NCBI GenBank assembly: GCA_965215505.1
Contig: OZ244065.1
Span: forward strand, 1,056,001 to 1,120,000
Length of the DNA stretch: 64,000 nucleotides
Direction: 5' to 3'
Origin: Capsulimonadaceae bacterium
Lineage (GTDB): Bacteria > Armatimonadota > Armatimonadia > Armatimonadales > Capsulimonadaceae
Numbering within the stretch: the stretch's first letter is position 1; each line of letters begins with the position of its first letter. This document shows, piece by piece, positions 1 to 9,415 of this stretch. Made by a program: the position numbers and the translations under genes. The notes below the pieces were generated by a model. The model made no database searches and was not told where the DNA came from. It worked only from the letters and a program-made list of their open reading frames with translations.

Positions 1-1687
1 GCGAGCCATTGAGCCGCCGCCCCAGCCCGACCCAGTTTTCATCGCGCCCCCTCCGGTTTCGGCGGCTCCCCCTACCCCGCGCGCCAATGTGGTGCCGCCG
101 GCCCCCGCGCCGGTCCCCCGGCCGCGCCCCGCCGCCCCGCCGCCCGAGGAAGAGGCGGTCCTGGTGGAGCATCAGGCCGCCCCCGCGCGGGCGCTGCCGG
201 CGGAAGAGGAGGAAGCGCCGCCCGAGGTGGAAGCCGCCCTCGTTGACCTCGCGGACGGTGGCGCCGTCGCCCTGCGGCCCGGCGAGACGCGGCTGCTGCG
301 GTTCACCTTCACGAACGAGGCCGCGCGGGAGACGACCTACGTCCTGGATGAGGACCAGTCCCTGCCCGGCGACTGGCTCACACTGGTACAGGACCAGGTC
401 AACCTGATGCGGAACGGCCGGGGCGACGTCTCCCTGCGCCTGTCCCCGCCTTTGAACTCCGAGCCGGGCGACTACCCGTTCTCCGTCACGCTGGGGCCAC
501 AGGGCGGCATGCTCACGCCCCGGACGCTGACCCTGACGGTGCAGGCGACGCCCGCCGTGAAGCTGACCAGCAAGGAGAAGGCCGTCCGGATCGGCCCGAT
601 GGCCTCGTCCGCCGACTTCCACCTGACCGTCGAGAGCGCGGGCAACGCCGACACCGCCTTCCGCGTCGCGGTGATGCCTTCACAGGCCGCCGTGGGCGGG
701 GAGGCGCGCGACGCGAAGCCCGTCTACGACACGCCGCAGTGGCAGTACCTCTTCGACAAGGAGCTGGAAACCCTGCGCGCCCCCGCCTCGCGCCAGCCGC
801 CGCGCCCGGTGCCGATCCGCCTGCGCCTCCAGCGCAAAGGCCCCTGGTGGTTCGGCTTCCGCGAGACACACCAGGTCCGGGTGGCCGCCGTGCCGGTGAC
901 GGACGGGGCGAACGGCGGCAAGCCCGTCAACACCGTCGAGGTGACCGCCACCCGGCTCCGCTTCTGGCCGATGCCCTACCTGACGCTGGTTCCCCTGCTC
1001 CTGATGCTCCTGCTGCTCGGGTCGAGCGGCGCGGGCGACCTGACGGTCCCGGACGGCAAGTATCAGTACCATGACGGCGAGACGAACGTCTACTGGGTCG
1101 CGACGCCGGGGCCGAAGAAGGATGTCAGCCTGGAATGGGACGCGCCCAGGACCGCCCTGCTCCGGCTGGGCGGGTCGCTGGGGACGAACCCGGTGTTCAG
1201 CCGCACCACGCTCGGCGGCGGGGAATACGCGGGCCAGATCACCATGAACTCGTCCGACCCCTCGCTGGACTACAACTATCAGATCAGCCGCCTGGTCGGC
1301 GGCGGCGACCGCAGCGTCGCCGTGCGGTTCGTGCAGACCTCCCTCGTTACCCCCCTCGGCGTGAAGGACACGACCGGGACGCCGCGCGCACTGCCCGGAA
1401 CCGAGGTGACGCTCCTCGTGCCGGTGGGGAAAATCGCCAAGCTGACTTTGAAAAACGAGGCGCGGGCCTCCAACGCCCTGAACTGGTGGCTGGTCAAGCC
1501 GCTCGGCCCTTCGGCCTCGTTCAAGGTCCTGTACAGCAAGAACGCAGGCTCGCTCCAGCAGCACCAGGCCATTGACTATCCCATCGTCGGCGCGGGCGCG
1601 GTGGGTGACACGGACCAGCTGGTCTTCGTCACGACCGACGCCGCGAAGCCCGTCCTGACCGTCAAGCTGAAGCTGGTCTCCCGCTAG
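1..1687 (+). CDS. 5'-truncated bitopic membrane protein: Pro-rich linker, two COG1470/NEW3-like Ig-fold domains, TM helix, extracytoplasmic beta-rich region
   Basis: The frame of ORF 89..1687 is open back to base 2 (RAIEPPPQPDPVF...). Beta-rich segments LRFTFTNE, PGDYPFSVTL and FHLTVESAGNADT; hydrophobic helix LTLVPLLLMLLLLG. Confidence 0.65.
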   Translation, partial: RAIEPPPQPDPVFIAPPPVSAAPPTPRANVVPPAPAPVPRPRPAAPPPEEEAVLVEHQAAPARALPAEEEEAPPEVEAALVDLADGGAVALRPGETRLLRFTFTNEAARETTYVLDEDQSLPGDWLTLVQDQVNLMRNGRGDVSLRLSPPLNSEPGDYPFSVTLGPQGGMLTPRTLTLTVQATPAVKLTSKEKAVRIGPMASSADFHLTVESAGNADTAFRVAVMPSQAAVGGEARDAKPVYDTPQWQYLFDKELETLRAPASRQPPRPVPIRLRLQRKGPWWFGFRETHQVRVAAVPVTDGANGGKPVNTVEVTATRLRFWPMPYLTLVPLLLMLLLLGSSGAGDLTVPDGKYQYHDGETNVYWVATPGPKKDVSLEWDAPRTALLRLGGSLGTNPVFSRTTLGGGEYAGQITMNSSDPSLDYNYQISRLVGGGDRSVAVRFVQTSLVTPLGVKDTTGTPRALPGTEVTLLVPVGKIAKLTLKNEARASNALNWWLVKPLGPSASFKVLYSKNAGSLQQHQAIDYPIVGAGAVGDTDQLVFVTTDAAKPVLTVKLKLVSR

Positions 1688-1719
1688 GGGCGGCCCGGCC
1701 TCCCTCCAAGAAAAAACCC

Positions 1720-4122
1720 ATGAACCTTTTGCACCCCGAAGTCGAGATCACGCCGGGCAGGCGCGGCAAGCAGGGCTACCAGGACCGCGACAAAATGGCG
1801 GGGAGTGCCGTCCTGCGCCTGGTCAACGAGACCACCCAGGAGAATGCTTTCACGGTCCGGCTGCGCTGCGACAACCCGTTCTGGCAGGAGGGATGGTACA
1901 CCGTCCAGTCGGTCGCCGCCCCGCCCGGCGCGACCGCCCCCGCGACCGGTCAGGCCGACATTCCCGGCCACAACAAGCGGTCCGTCAAGGTCTTCGTCCC
2001 GCCGAAAGGCACGCGCGACATCCTCATCCGCTTCGACGTCCCGGAGCGGCCCGAGTCGCGCGCGGGCCGCTACGACTACGTCATCGAGGTGGAGACGCAG
2101 GTCACCCGGCCCCAGGAGGGGGCGGCGCGGCGTAAGGACCGACTGACAACGATCCCGGCCGCCGCGAACGTGCGCCCGTTTTACAAGTGGAGCCTGGACC
2201 TGACGCCGGAACAGCAGCGGGCGACGCGCCGCCGCCGGTCGGGGGAGTTCGAGGTGGTGGTGACGAACGAGGGCAACGATTGGCTGTACTGCGACCTCCA
2301 GCTCCCGCGCCCGAAGGACCTCCTGCTGGAGTGCCCCACCCTGCGCCTTGCCGTGCCGCCGCCCGAGCCGGGCGAGATGCTGCCCGGCGTCGGCATTCAG
2401 GAGGGTGCCCCCGGCACGCAGCGCGTCGTGCCGCTGCGGGCGACGACGCGGCTGAAGGCCTTCCGGGGCGACCTGACGCCCCAGCCGCTGACTGTGTCCG
2501 CCGTGCGCGTGGACGCCCCTTCGCTGCCGCCGCCTGCCGAGGACGGGTACTTGAGTCTGGGGTCGGTGGTAGCCTCGGCCACCAACCCGCCCGAGGTCAA
2601 GCCCTCACCGAGCGACCGCGCCCTGATCTACTCGCCGCCCATCCCGTCCAAGCTGCTGGACTTCTTCAGCCGTGGCGTCGGCGGCTTCCGCGCCTGGATC
2701 GCGCCGCTCCTGGCCCTCATGGTCATGGTCCCGCTGGCCTATGTGCTGATCCAGCACCTCTTCTTCTCGCCGCAGATGAAGAAGGGCTACACCTTCGGCA
2801 CCACCAACCTCGCGGCCGGGGGGAAGCCGCTCTACATCTCCGGGAAGCTGGTGGTCGGCTCCCACTTCACGCTCACGAACCCCACCGGGACCGTACTGGC
2901 CGAGGGCGACGTCAAGCTGGACAAGCGGGACCCGGCCCACGCAAGCCCGAACAAAGGCGTCATCGCGATTCCGGCCACCGTGACCAACGTCCACGCCCTG
3001 CTCACGGTGCGGCGGGTCCCGTTCCTGCCGTTCCTCTCGGCGGCCCTGCCCAAAGACCAGCAGGCGATAGACATCGGCGATGTCAGTGCCCCGGCGGTCC
3101 CGCAGGTGACGAAGCTGGCCGACGGCGTCTACAAAGTGGGTGCCGTCGTGGAGATAGGCATCAAGGGCTTCGCGGCCCCTGGGACGGTCATGGTTGATCA
3201 GATCGCGAAGCCGCCCCTCACCTGGACCGTCGACAGCGTGACCATCCGGGTGCCTCAAGGCCCCCCCGGCAAGCAGTTCGCGCTGGCGCTCCAGCCGATC
3301 GGCTCGTCCCAGGCCGTTCCAGCGGGCAGCATCACTATCGCCCCGGCAGTCCCCATCCGAGTCGCCAATAATGGTGCGGGAGGCGGAGGCACTGGAGGCG
3401 CTAAAACCGGTGGGGGCGGGGCCGCCAAGTCAGGCATCGGAGAAGCCAAGGCGGGAAGCACGAAGGCCGGGGCCGTGAAGACCGCTTCAGGCGGCAAGGC
3501 CGGCGGGAGCATCGGCAAGGCGGCGGCCGGGTCACCCCCGGCCCCGACGCCCCCGGCAAACATTGTCGCCCTGCCCACCGTCTTCCACGGGAATTCGCAG
3601 GCGGCCTACACCGCGCTGCTGGCGGATGACCTCGCGGGCGCACTGAGGCACGCGCAGAACTCGGACGCCTTCGGCCAGGCCATCAGCGCGTATGTCTACG
3701 CCAGGCAGGGGAACACGGGGGCGGCGGAGCCGCTGATCGCCGCCACGTCGGGCAGCAGCGATCCCCGGACGAAGGCCATGGCATTGGCCGCGCAGGGAGC
3801 CACCCAGGAGGCGGCCAGCCCCGGCCTGGCCGTTCAGAGCTATGACGCCGCGGTGGCCGCAGACCCAGGCCTGGTCGTCGCCTACACAGCCAAGGCTATC
3901 CTGCTGGATAAGAACGGCTCTACGGAGGCGGAGAAGAACAGCTCGGGCCTGGCGCTCAACAGCGGGATGAAGCAGGCGAAGACGCCGGACGAGAAGGCGG
4001 CGATCCTGTACACGCAGTCGAAGATCTATGCCGCCACGAACCGGGGGCCGTCCGCCAGAAGACTATACAACGCAGCCCTCACCCTAAAGCCCAACCTTCC
4101 GCGCCCGGCTGGCCTGCCCTGA
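1720..4122 (+). CDS. bitopic membrane protein: COG1470-like Ig domains, TM, IPT/TIG-like domain, Gly/Lys/Ala linker, C-terminal TPR-like helices
   Basis: 800-aa ORF; AGRYDYVIEV and FEVVVTNEGN parallel the upstream gene; TM WIAPLLALMVMVPLAYVLI; WTVDSVTIRVP is IPT-like; helical repeats YDAAVAADP and YNAALTLKP. Confidence 0.65.
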   Translation: MNLLHPEVEITPGRRGKQGYQDRDKMAGSAVLRLVNETTQENAFTVRLRCDNPFWQEGWYTVQSVAAPPGATAPATGQADIPGHNKRSVKVFVPPKGTRDILIRFDVPERPESRAGRYDYVIEVETQVTRPQEGAARRKDRLTTIPAAANVRPFYKWSLDLTPEQQRATRRRRSGEFEVVVTNEGNDWLYCDLQLPRPKDLLLECPTLRLAVPPPEPGEMLPGVGIQEGAPGTQRVVPLRATTRLKAFRGDLTPQPLTVSAVRVDAPSLPPPAEDGYLSLGSVVASATNPPEVKPSPSDRALIYSPPIPSKLLDFFSRGVGGFRAWIAPLLALMVMVPLAYVLIQHLFFSPQMKKGYTFGTTNLAAGGKPLYISGKLVVGSHFTLTNPTGTVLAEGDVKLDKRDPAHASPNKGVIAIPATVTNVHALLTVRRVPFLPFLSAALPKDQQAIDIGDVSAPAVPQVTKLADGVYKVGAVVEIGIKGFAAPGTVMVDQIAKPPLTWTVDSVTIRVPQGPPGKQFALALQPIGSSQAVPAGSITIAPAVPIRVANNGAGGGGTGGAKTGGGGAAKSGIGEAKAGSTKAGAVKTASGGKAGGSIGKAAAGSPPAPTPPANIVALPTVFHGNSQAAYTALLADDLAGALRHAQNSDAFGQAISAYVYARQGNTGAAEPLIAATSGSSDPRTKAMALAAQGATQEAASPGLAVQSYDAAVAADPGLVVAYTAKAILLDKNGSTEAEKNSSGLALNSGMKQAKTPDEKAAILYTQSKIYAATNRGPSARRLYNAALTLKPNLPRPAGLP

Positions 4123-4131
4123 GAACGAGAT

Positions 4132-4161
4132 GGGGCCTCCGGGATCACTCCCGGAGGCCCC
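4132..4161. terminator. 13-bp stem hairpin between convergent genes
   Basis: GGGGCCTCCGGGA-TCAC-TCCCGGAGGCCCC; no clear U-tract. Confidence 0.55.
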
Positions 4162-4177
4162 GCCGCTTACGGAAGCG

Positions 4178-5035
4178 TCACCCGCCGTTCTTCACCTGCC
4201 CGATCAGCGTGAGGAGCGCGTGGTCCTGATCGCCCATGACCTGCTCGGCGACGGCGGCCAGGTCCAGGTTACGGTCCAGCCCTTCCTTCAGAACCTTCTT
4301 TGCCTTGTCCCGGCTGCCCTGGTGGACGTAAAGCCCGGCGAGGCCCAGATAGGCGACGGCATACTCGGGGGCGACCTTTTTGGACTGCGTGTACATGGCC
4401 TCGGCCCGCACTTCGTCCTTCTGTTGGTAGGCCTGCTCGCCCTGCTGCCGGTAGATGTTGGCCCGCTCCTGTTTTTCCTCGGGGGTGGAGAGTTGGTAGT
4501 CGAACTTGGCGTCACGCAGTTTACTGTCCAAGGCGTTCTTGATCTGTTTGAGCAGGAAGTCCGCGAACTTGTCCGTCGGCATCCCGTTCAGGGCGGCCGA
4601 GGCACCGTCAGCGGTCACGACGAACTGGCTGTCTCCGGGGGGGGCCAGGACATACTCTTTTTCCTTCTTTTTGAAGGCCGGCGTCAGCTTGCTCCAGAAC
4701 GACCGGTCTGCCAGCGACGCCTTTTGCAGCCGGCCGGCGATGATTCGTGCCCGGTCCATCGGGGTGAGGGTCTTGGTTCCGGCAGGGATCTCCAGCACCG
4801 GCGTCTGGTGGCCGTCCGCGTCCACGAAGTCAACCTCGTACACGGTCCCAACCAGGTCGTCATGCTGGAAGGCCTGGAACTGGTAGGGAGCACCCAGCGC
4901 CGCGTCGGCAGTCGTCGGCGTCGTGTTGGGGGCCGTGGCCGCCGCAGCCGTGTCGGCGGGTGGGTCGGTACGGGCCAGGGCGGGGACTGTCAGGAGGCTG
5001 CCCAGGAGGCAGGCGGCGAGGAGCGGGTGTTTCAT
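4178..5035 (-). CDS. secreted TPR-domain protein
   Basis: Start at ATG 5035 gives signal peptide MKHPLLAACLLGSLLTVPALA; C-terminal TPR pattern (GEQAYQQ, APEYAVAYLGLAGLY). Confidence 0.7.
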   Translation of the reverse strand: MKHPLLAACLLGSLLTVPALARTDPPADTAAAATAPNTTPTTADAALGAPYQFQAFQHDDLVGTVYEVDFVDADGHQTPVLEIPAGTKTLTPMDRARIIAGRLQKASLADRSFWSKLTPAFKKKEKEYVLAPPGDSQFVVTADGASAALNGMPTDKFADFLLKQIKNALDSKLRDAKFDYQLSTPEEKQERANIYRQQGEQAYQQKDEVRAEAMYTQSKKVAPEYAVAYLGLAGLYVHQGSRDKAKKVLKEGLDRNLDLAAVAEQVMGDQDHALLTLIGQVKNGG

Positions 5036-5045
5036 GGCGTTCAGC

Positions 5046-5075
5046 CTTTCGGGACGTTCGCTTTCGGGACGTTCG
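5046..5075. repeat. 15-bp perfect tandem duplication
   Basis: CTTTCGGGACGTTCG x2, just upstream of the TPR gene start. Confidence 0.9.
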
Positions 5076-5140
5076 GTGGAACAGGTCAGAAACGGACGGG
5101 GCAGCAAGGGAGCGGCAAGAGAGCGACGTTTCTTGAGCCT

Positions 5141-5170
5141 ATTCTATCATAAAGACCTCGGATTTGTCAA
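5141..5170 (-). promoter_or_regulatory. sigma70-type promoter for the TPR gene
   Basis: Minus strand TTGACA-18 nt-TAGAAT with extended -10 TG. Confidence 0.65.
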
Positions 5171-5276
5171 CGGAAACATTGCCGGGTCCTCCGGCCTCCT
5201 GAGTATGCCCGCTCGCGCGGCATTCTCCTGTGACCGATTTCACGCGGGCCCTGTGACACATGCGCCTCGAGGTTCC

Positions 5277-5305
5277 TTGACACGCCCCGGCAAACCTTGT
5301 ATAGT
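5277..5305 (+). promoter_or_regulatory. sigma70-type promoter for the WD40-caspase gene
   Basis: TTGACA-17 nt-TATAGT. Confidence 0.65.
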
Positions 5306-5414
5306 TGTTTGTGTGATCCATTGAACGCAGACCCTGCCCGGCGGTACGCTCGCCGGGCGGCGTATGTCCCTACTCCCCGCACGGAGAAACCACTTCTCGA
5401 CATGAGGTTCTGCC

Positions 5415-8400
5415 ATGAAACTGCTGTTGCACCTGTGTCTCACCCTCCTCCTGGGCCTCGGATTCCTAGGCCCCGGACTGCGCGCCGTGACGGCACAGTC
5501 CGACCAGCCCATTCTGTTCCTCGACCCCGGCGGCCACACCGGCATCGTCCGCCAGGCCCTGTTCACGCCGGGCGGCAGGGAGCTGATCTCGGTCGGCGAG
5601 GACAAAGTCATCCGCGTCTGGGACACCCAGACCGGCAAACAACTGGGCACCATCCACGGCCAGATCGGGGAGGGGCCGCACGGCCAATTGTACGCGGCCG
5701 CCCTCAGCCGGGACGGCAAGACGCTGGCGGTGGCGGGCAACACCTATGAAGGCGCGTTGTCGAACGACTTCGACAAGAACCGCGTCTACATCCACCTGAT
5801 TCACCTGGAGGACCTGCACGCCCAGCCGATGCGCGTCTCCATGAGCCTTCTCCCCGCCGACGGCGCGGTCAAGGCGCACATGAGTACGATCTTCACCCTG
5901 GCCTTCTCGCCGACGGACAACACGCTCCTGGCGAGCGGCAGCCTGGACAACAACGTCTGCCTTTGGAACACGCACACGGGGAGTGTCATGAAGGTGCTGG
6001 AAGGGCATGAACGCGGCGTGGACGGCCTCGCGTGGTCGCCCGACGGCACCCACCTCGCCAGCGCCAGCCTGGACGGGACGGTGCGCGTGTGGAACGCCCG
6101 GTCCGGCAACGTGGAGAAGGAACTGAAACTCGACCACCTGGTCCGCTCGGTCGCCTGGTCGCCGGACGCCAAGATGATCGCGGCCGGCAGCAGCAGCGGC
6201 GTGATCGTTCTTTACCAGGCCGACGGCTACCGTAAGGTCGCCTCCTGGAGTCAGAGTCAGTCCGTCAGCAGCCTGGCTTTCAGCCCGGATGGTCAGTCCC
6301 TGGTCAGCGCTCAGGAGGGAGTGGGACCGCAGTACCCGGTCAAGATCTGGACCGTCCCTGGGGGACGCCCCACGGGGGCGTTCCAGGGACATACGGCGAA
6401 CGTGACGTCCCTCGCCTTCTCCGATGACGGCCGGCTCGTGGCCAGCGCCGGCGGCCGTGACAACGACGTCTACCTCTGGCAGTTGTCCGGCACCGGCCCC
6501 GTCCAGACCCTTCGCGGCAGCGGCGGGGCGACATCGGACGTCGCCTGGTCCCAGGAAACCGGGCCGGAGGGCAGAGTCATTTACCGGCTGTCCTGGAAGA
6601 CCCGGAATGCGGGCGGCACGGAGGACGAACACGTCTTCGACTTCTCGCAGGCGATGACAACCCGGAAGTCCAAGACGTGGCCCTGGCAGGGGCCTCTCAC
6701 GCACCTCCCCGATGGCCGGTCCTTGTCCCCGATCGACCCGCTCCAGCCGAGGCTCGCCGTGACGGTCGGTGGCGGTCAGGCCGTCTCCTTCCCACCGACG
6801 CCCGGCCCCACGGATTTCACGGCCCAGAGTGACTTCGTCCTCTGCGACACCTTCACGCCGGACGGTTCGGGGGTGCTGGTCGGCTCGCGGTTCTCGCTCG
6901 CCCTCTACAGCGCCTCCAGCGGCGCACTCCTCCGGAAGTTCGTCGGGCACAGCGGCCCGCTCCAGGCGGTCGCGGTGACGCCCGACGGCAAGTACCTGGC
7001 CTCGGCGTCCTCCGACCAGACGGTCGCCGTCTGGCCACTCGGGGGCAGCCGCGCCGAGGTCCCCTCCCCCCTCGTCCAGCTCTTCGCCGGCTCGGACAAC
7101 GAGTACGTCGCCTGGAACCCCGAGTACGGCTACTACGCCTGCTCGCCCGAAGGGGAGCGGCTGATCGGGTGGCAGACCAACAACGGCGAGGGCCGGCTGG
7201 CGGATTACGCCCCCGCGTCCAGTTTCGTCAACCGCAACCGCCCGGCCGTCATGCGGCTGATGCTGGACAAGGGCAGCGCCCTGGAAGCCATCGCGGCGGC
7301 GGGCAGCTCCCCGCAGAAGATCGAGCAGACGGCCCCGCGCGTCGATGTCCAGTCCGTGGACGGCGTCAGCCTCACGGCCGACCAGGCGAAGAGCGCCCGC
7401 TTCAAAGTGACCGTCACGGCACACGCGGGCGGCGCGCTCGAGAGCGTCAGCCTCTCGGTGAACGGGCACCAGAGGGCCGTGCGCCGCTTCGGCGGCGCGG
7501 ATCCGGACACCCGCGACTTCCAGCAGGTGGGGGACGGCTGGGTCGGCACCCTCGCCGTCAAGCTGCCGCCCGGCGCGGACACGGTCACGGCCCTCGCGAC
7601 CGGCGTGGACAAGGCGGAAAGCCCCCGCGCGGGCGTCGCCGTCACGACGCCCACGACTTCCGCCCTGCCGACGCTGAACCTCCTCGCCATCGGCATCGCC
7701 AAGTACGACCGGTTCCTGGACCTGAACTACCCGGACGCGGACGCGGTTTCCATCGCCAAAGCCTTCAAGGACCAGGAAGGGAAGCTGTTCAGCCGGGTGG
7801 ACGCGGTTTCCCTGACCAACGGCCAGGCGACCAAGGCCGGGATCGAGAAGGCGCTGGCGGACCTGAAGAGGCGCGGGCAGGCCCAGGACGAGAACGACTA
7901 CACCGTCGTCTTCGTCGCCGGGCACGGCGGCGACGTGGACGCCCAGAAGTACTACCTGATCCCGAGCGACGTGGACACGTCCACGGTCGAGGACGTCAAG
8001 CGAACGGCTGTGGAGTGGTCACACTTCGACGACGCCTTGCAGTCCATGCCGGGCAACGTCATCTTCCTGCTGGACGCCTGCCACTCGGCGGGCAAGGGCG
8101 GGAGCAACAACGCCGCCTACGCCGCCATCATGGCGCAGCTGGAACACCGGGTGGAGAACGGCTCCTCGCCCATCATCACCTTCGCCTCCTGCGAGGCCAG
8201 CGAAACCAGCCAGGAGGACCCGCAGTGGAAGCACGGGGCGTTCACCCTCGCCCTGCTGGACGGCCTTGCGGGGGCCGCCGACGAACGCCACAACGGCCGG
8301 GTGGATGCCCAGGAGCTGGAATACTTCATCCACAGCAGGGTCATCGCGCTGACGGGGGGCCAGCAGCATACGCAGGCCTTCGGCACCAACGTCACCGGCA

Positions 8401-8483
8401 GGCAGACCGCCCTGACGCTGGCGATCGTCGGCCCGGCCCGGACCGCAGCGGCCCCGGCCACGGACCGGCAGGCGCGTCGGTAG
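5415..8483 (+). CDS. secreted WD40-repeat protein with C-terminal caspase-like (peptidase C14) domain
   Basis: Signal peptide; many GH..W[DN] WD40 repeats; Ig-like linker; catalytic His in FVAGHG and Cys in LLDACHS; HGAFT motif. Confidence 0.9.
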   Translation: MKLLLHLCLTLLLGLGFLGPGLRAVTAQSDQPILFLDPGGHTGIVRQALFTPGGRELISVGEDKVIRVWDTQTGKQLGTIHGQIGEGPHGQLYAAALSRDGKTLAVAGNTYEGALSNDFDKNRVYIHLIHLEDLHAQPMRVSMSLLPADGAVKAHMSTIFTLAFSPTDNTLLASGSLDNNVCLWNTHTGSVMKVLEGHERGVDGLAWSPDGTHLASASLDGTVRVWNARSGNVEKELKLDHLVRSVAWSPDAKMIAAGSSSGVIVLYQADGYRKVASWSQSQSVSSLAFSPDGQSLVSAQEGVGPQYPVKIWTVPGGRPTGAFQGHTANVTSLAFSDDGRLVASAGGRDNDVYLWQLSGTGPVQTLRGSGGATSDVAWSQETGPEGRVIYRLSWKTRNAGGTEDEHVFDFSQAMTTRKSKTWPWQGPLTHLPDGRSLSPIDPLQPRLAVTVGGGQAVSFPPTPGPTDFTAQSDFVLCDTFTPDGSGVLVGSRFSLALYSASSGALLRKFVGHSGPLQAVAVTPDGKYLASASSDQTVAVWPLGGSRAEVPSPLVQLFAGSDNEYVAWNPEYGYYACSPEGERLIGWQTNNGEGRLADYAPASSFVNRNRPAVMRLMLDKGSALEAIAAAGSSPQKIEQTAPRVDVQSVDGVSLTADQAKSARFKVTVTAHAGGALESVSLSVNGHQRAVRRFGGADPDTRDFQQVGDGWVGTLAVKLPPGADTVTALATGVDKAESPRAGVAVTTPTTSALPTLNLLAIGIAKYDRFLDLNYPDADAVSIAKAFKDQEGKLFSRVDAVSLTNGQATKAGIEKALADLKRRGQAQDENDYTVVFVAGHGGDVDAQKYYLIPSDVDTSTVEDVKRTAVEWSHFDDALQSMPGNVIFLLDACHSAGKGGSNNAAYAAIMAQLEHRVENGSSPIITFASCEASETSQEDPQWKHGAFTLALLDGLAGAADERHNGRVDAQELEYFIHSRVIALTGGQQHTQAFGTNVTGRQTALTLAIVGPARTAAAPATDRQARR

Positions 8484-8499
8484 GCGACAAAGGCGGAAC

Positions 8500-8535
8500 A
8501 AAAAAGCCGGCCGGGGAATGTCCCCGGCCGGCTTT
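8500..8535. terminator. bidirectional intrinsic terminator
   Basis: AAAGCCGGCCGGGGA-ATG-TCCCCGGCCGGCTTT with an A-tract on the left, between convergent genes. Confidence 0.8.
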
Positions 8536-8573
8536 CCGTCGTCTAAACCATCGCACTGCTTGAAGCCGCCGCG

Positions 8574-9329
8574 CTACTTGAAGTTGTAGACCAGGCTCAG
8601 GTTGGTGCGGGCGAGGTCGTTGTGGATGCCCGTCCCGAACGACCCCGGCGGCTTGTTGTAGTTGACCTTCCAGTAGGAGGCGCTGAGGCTGTAACGGGGG
8701 GTCAGGCGGTAGACCGCGCCCGCCGTGTAGGTGTACCCCGTGTCGCCGATGCTGTGGCGGACGAAGTACGGGCCGACGCCCACCTGGAGGCCCAGGTTGG
8801 ACTTCTTGGGGAGCGTCGGCTGGTATAGCAGGAACCCGTAGTACTCGAACAGGCCGCTCTGCTGCCCGCGCGTCGCCCCGCCGACCGTGGCCTGGGCGGA
8901 GAAGTTCTGGTTGATGTTGTACTGGCCATAAATCCCCAGCCGGTCCGGGTTGTTGTTCTTGTCGCTCGTGTGGCCCCAATACCAGGCGCCGAGGACGAAC
9001 GAACTCGGCTGGTTTCCGGGGTTGGGACGCAGCGGGAAATGCTTCTCCAACTGGACGAACGGGCCGAAGTTGTTGCGCTTCCTCGTCGCGAAGTCCCCAT
9101 TCCCGGCGGGGGAGGTGTCGGTGAACTGGAAGACCGTCAGCGGGCTGACGCTCAGGTAGGTCCGCCCCTCCTGGATGACGGAGACTTTGCCGCTCTTGTC
9201 CACCACCCGCTCTCCAGTCCCCCCCTGCCCCAGCGAGGTCGGGAACTGTGCCGAGGCCGGGAGCGCGGCCGCCGCCAGCCCGAGCGCCAGGGCGGCGCGG
9301 GCCGCGCCCTTCCATAAAATCAGGCTCAA
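8574..9329 (-). CDS. outer-membrane beta-barrel protein (small, roughly 8-10 strands)
   Basis: GGAGGT SD before TTG; signal peptide ending ASA; alternating aromatic strands; C-terminus NLSLVYNFK resembles a beta-signal. Confidence 0.7.
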   Translation of the reverse strand: MSLILWKGAARAALALGLAAAALPASAQFPTSLGQGGTGERVVDKSGKVSVIQEGRTYLSVSPLTVFQFTDTSPAGNGDFATRKRNNFGPFVQLEKHFPLRPNPGNQPSSFVLGAWYWGHTSDKNNNPDRLGIYGQYNINQNFSAQATVGGATRGQQSGLFEYYGFLLYQPTLPKKSNLGLQVGVGPYFVRHSIGDTGYTYTAGAVYRLTPRYSLSASYWKVNYNKPPGSFGTGIHNDLARTNLSLVYNFK

Positions 9330-9373
9330 TGAGTCACCTCCAAAGTCGTAGTTTCAGCGTCGTCGTTCCCACG

Positions 9374-9407
9374 GCCGGGGGCCGGCCGAGAAAGGCCGGC
9401 CCCCGGC
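9374..9407 (-). terminator. 14-bp stem hairpin between the giant Ig gene and the beta-barrel gene
   Basis: GCCGGGGGCCGGCC-GAGAAA-GGCCGGCCCCCGGC; no U-tract, so it may stabilise mRNA or attenuate rather than terminate. Confidence 0.5.
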
Positions 9408-9415
9408 GAAGCCGC

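Noticed and set aside
4130..5152. 340-aa plus-strand ORF
   Set aside because: Antisense to the TPR gene, which has a signal peptide and promoter.
5466..7925. 819-aa minus-strand ORF
   Set aside because: Antisense shadow of the WD40-caspase gene; typical of high-GC codon bias and has no motifs.
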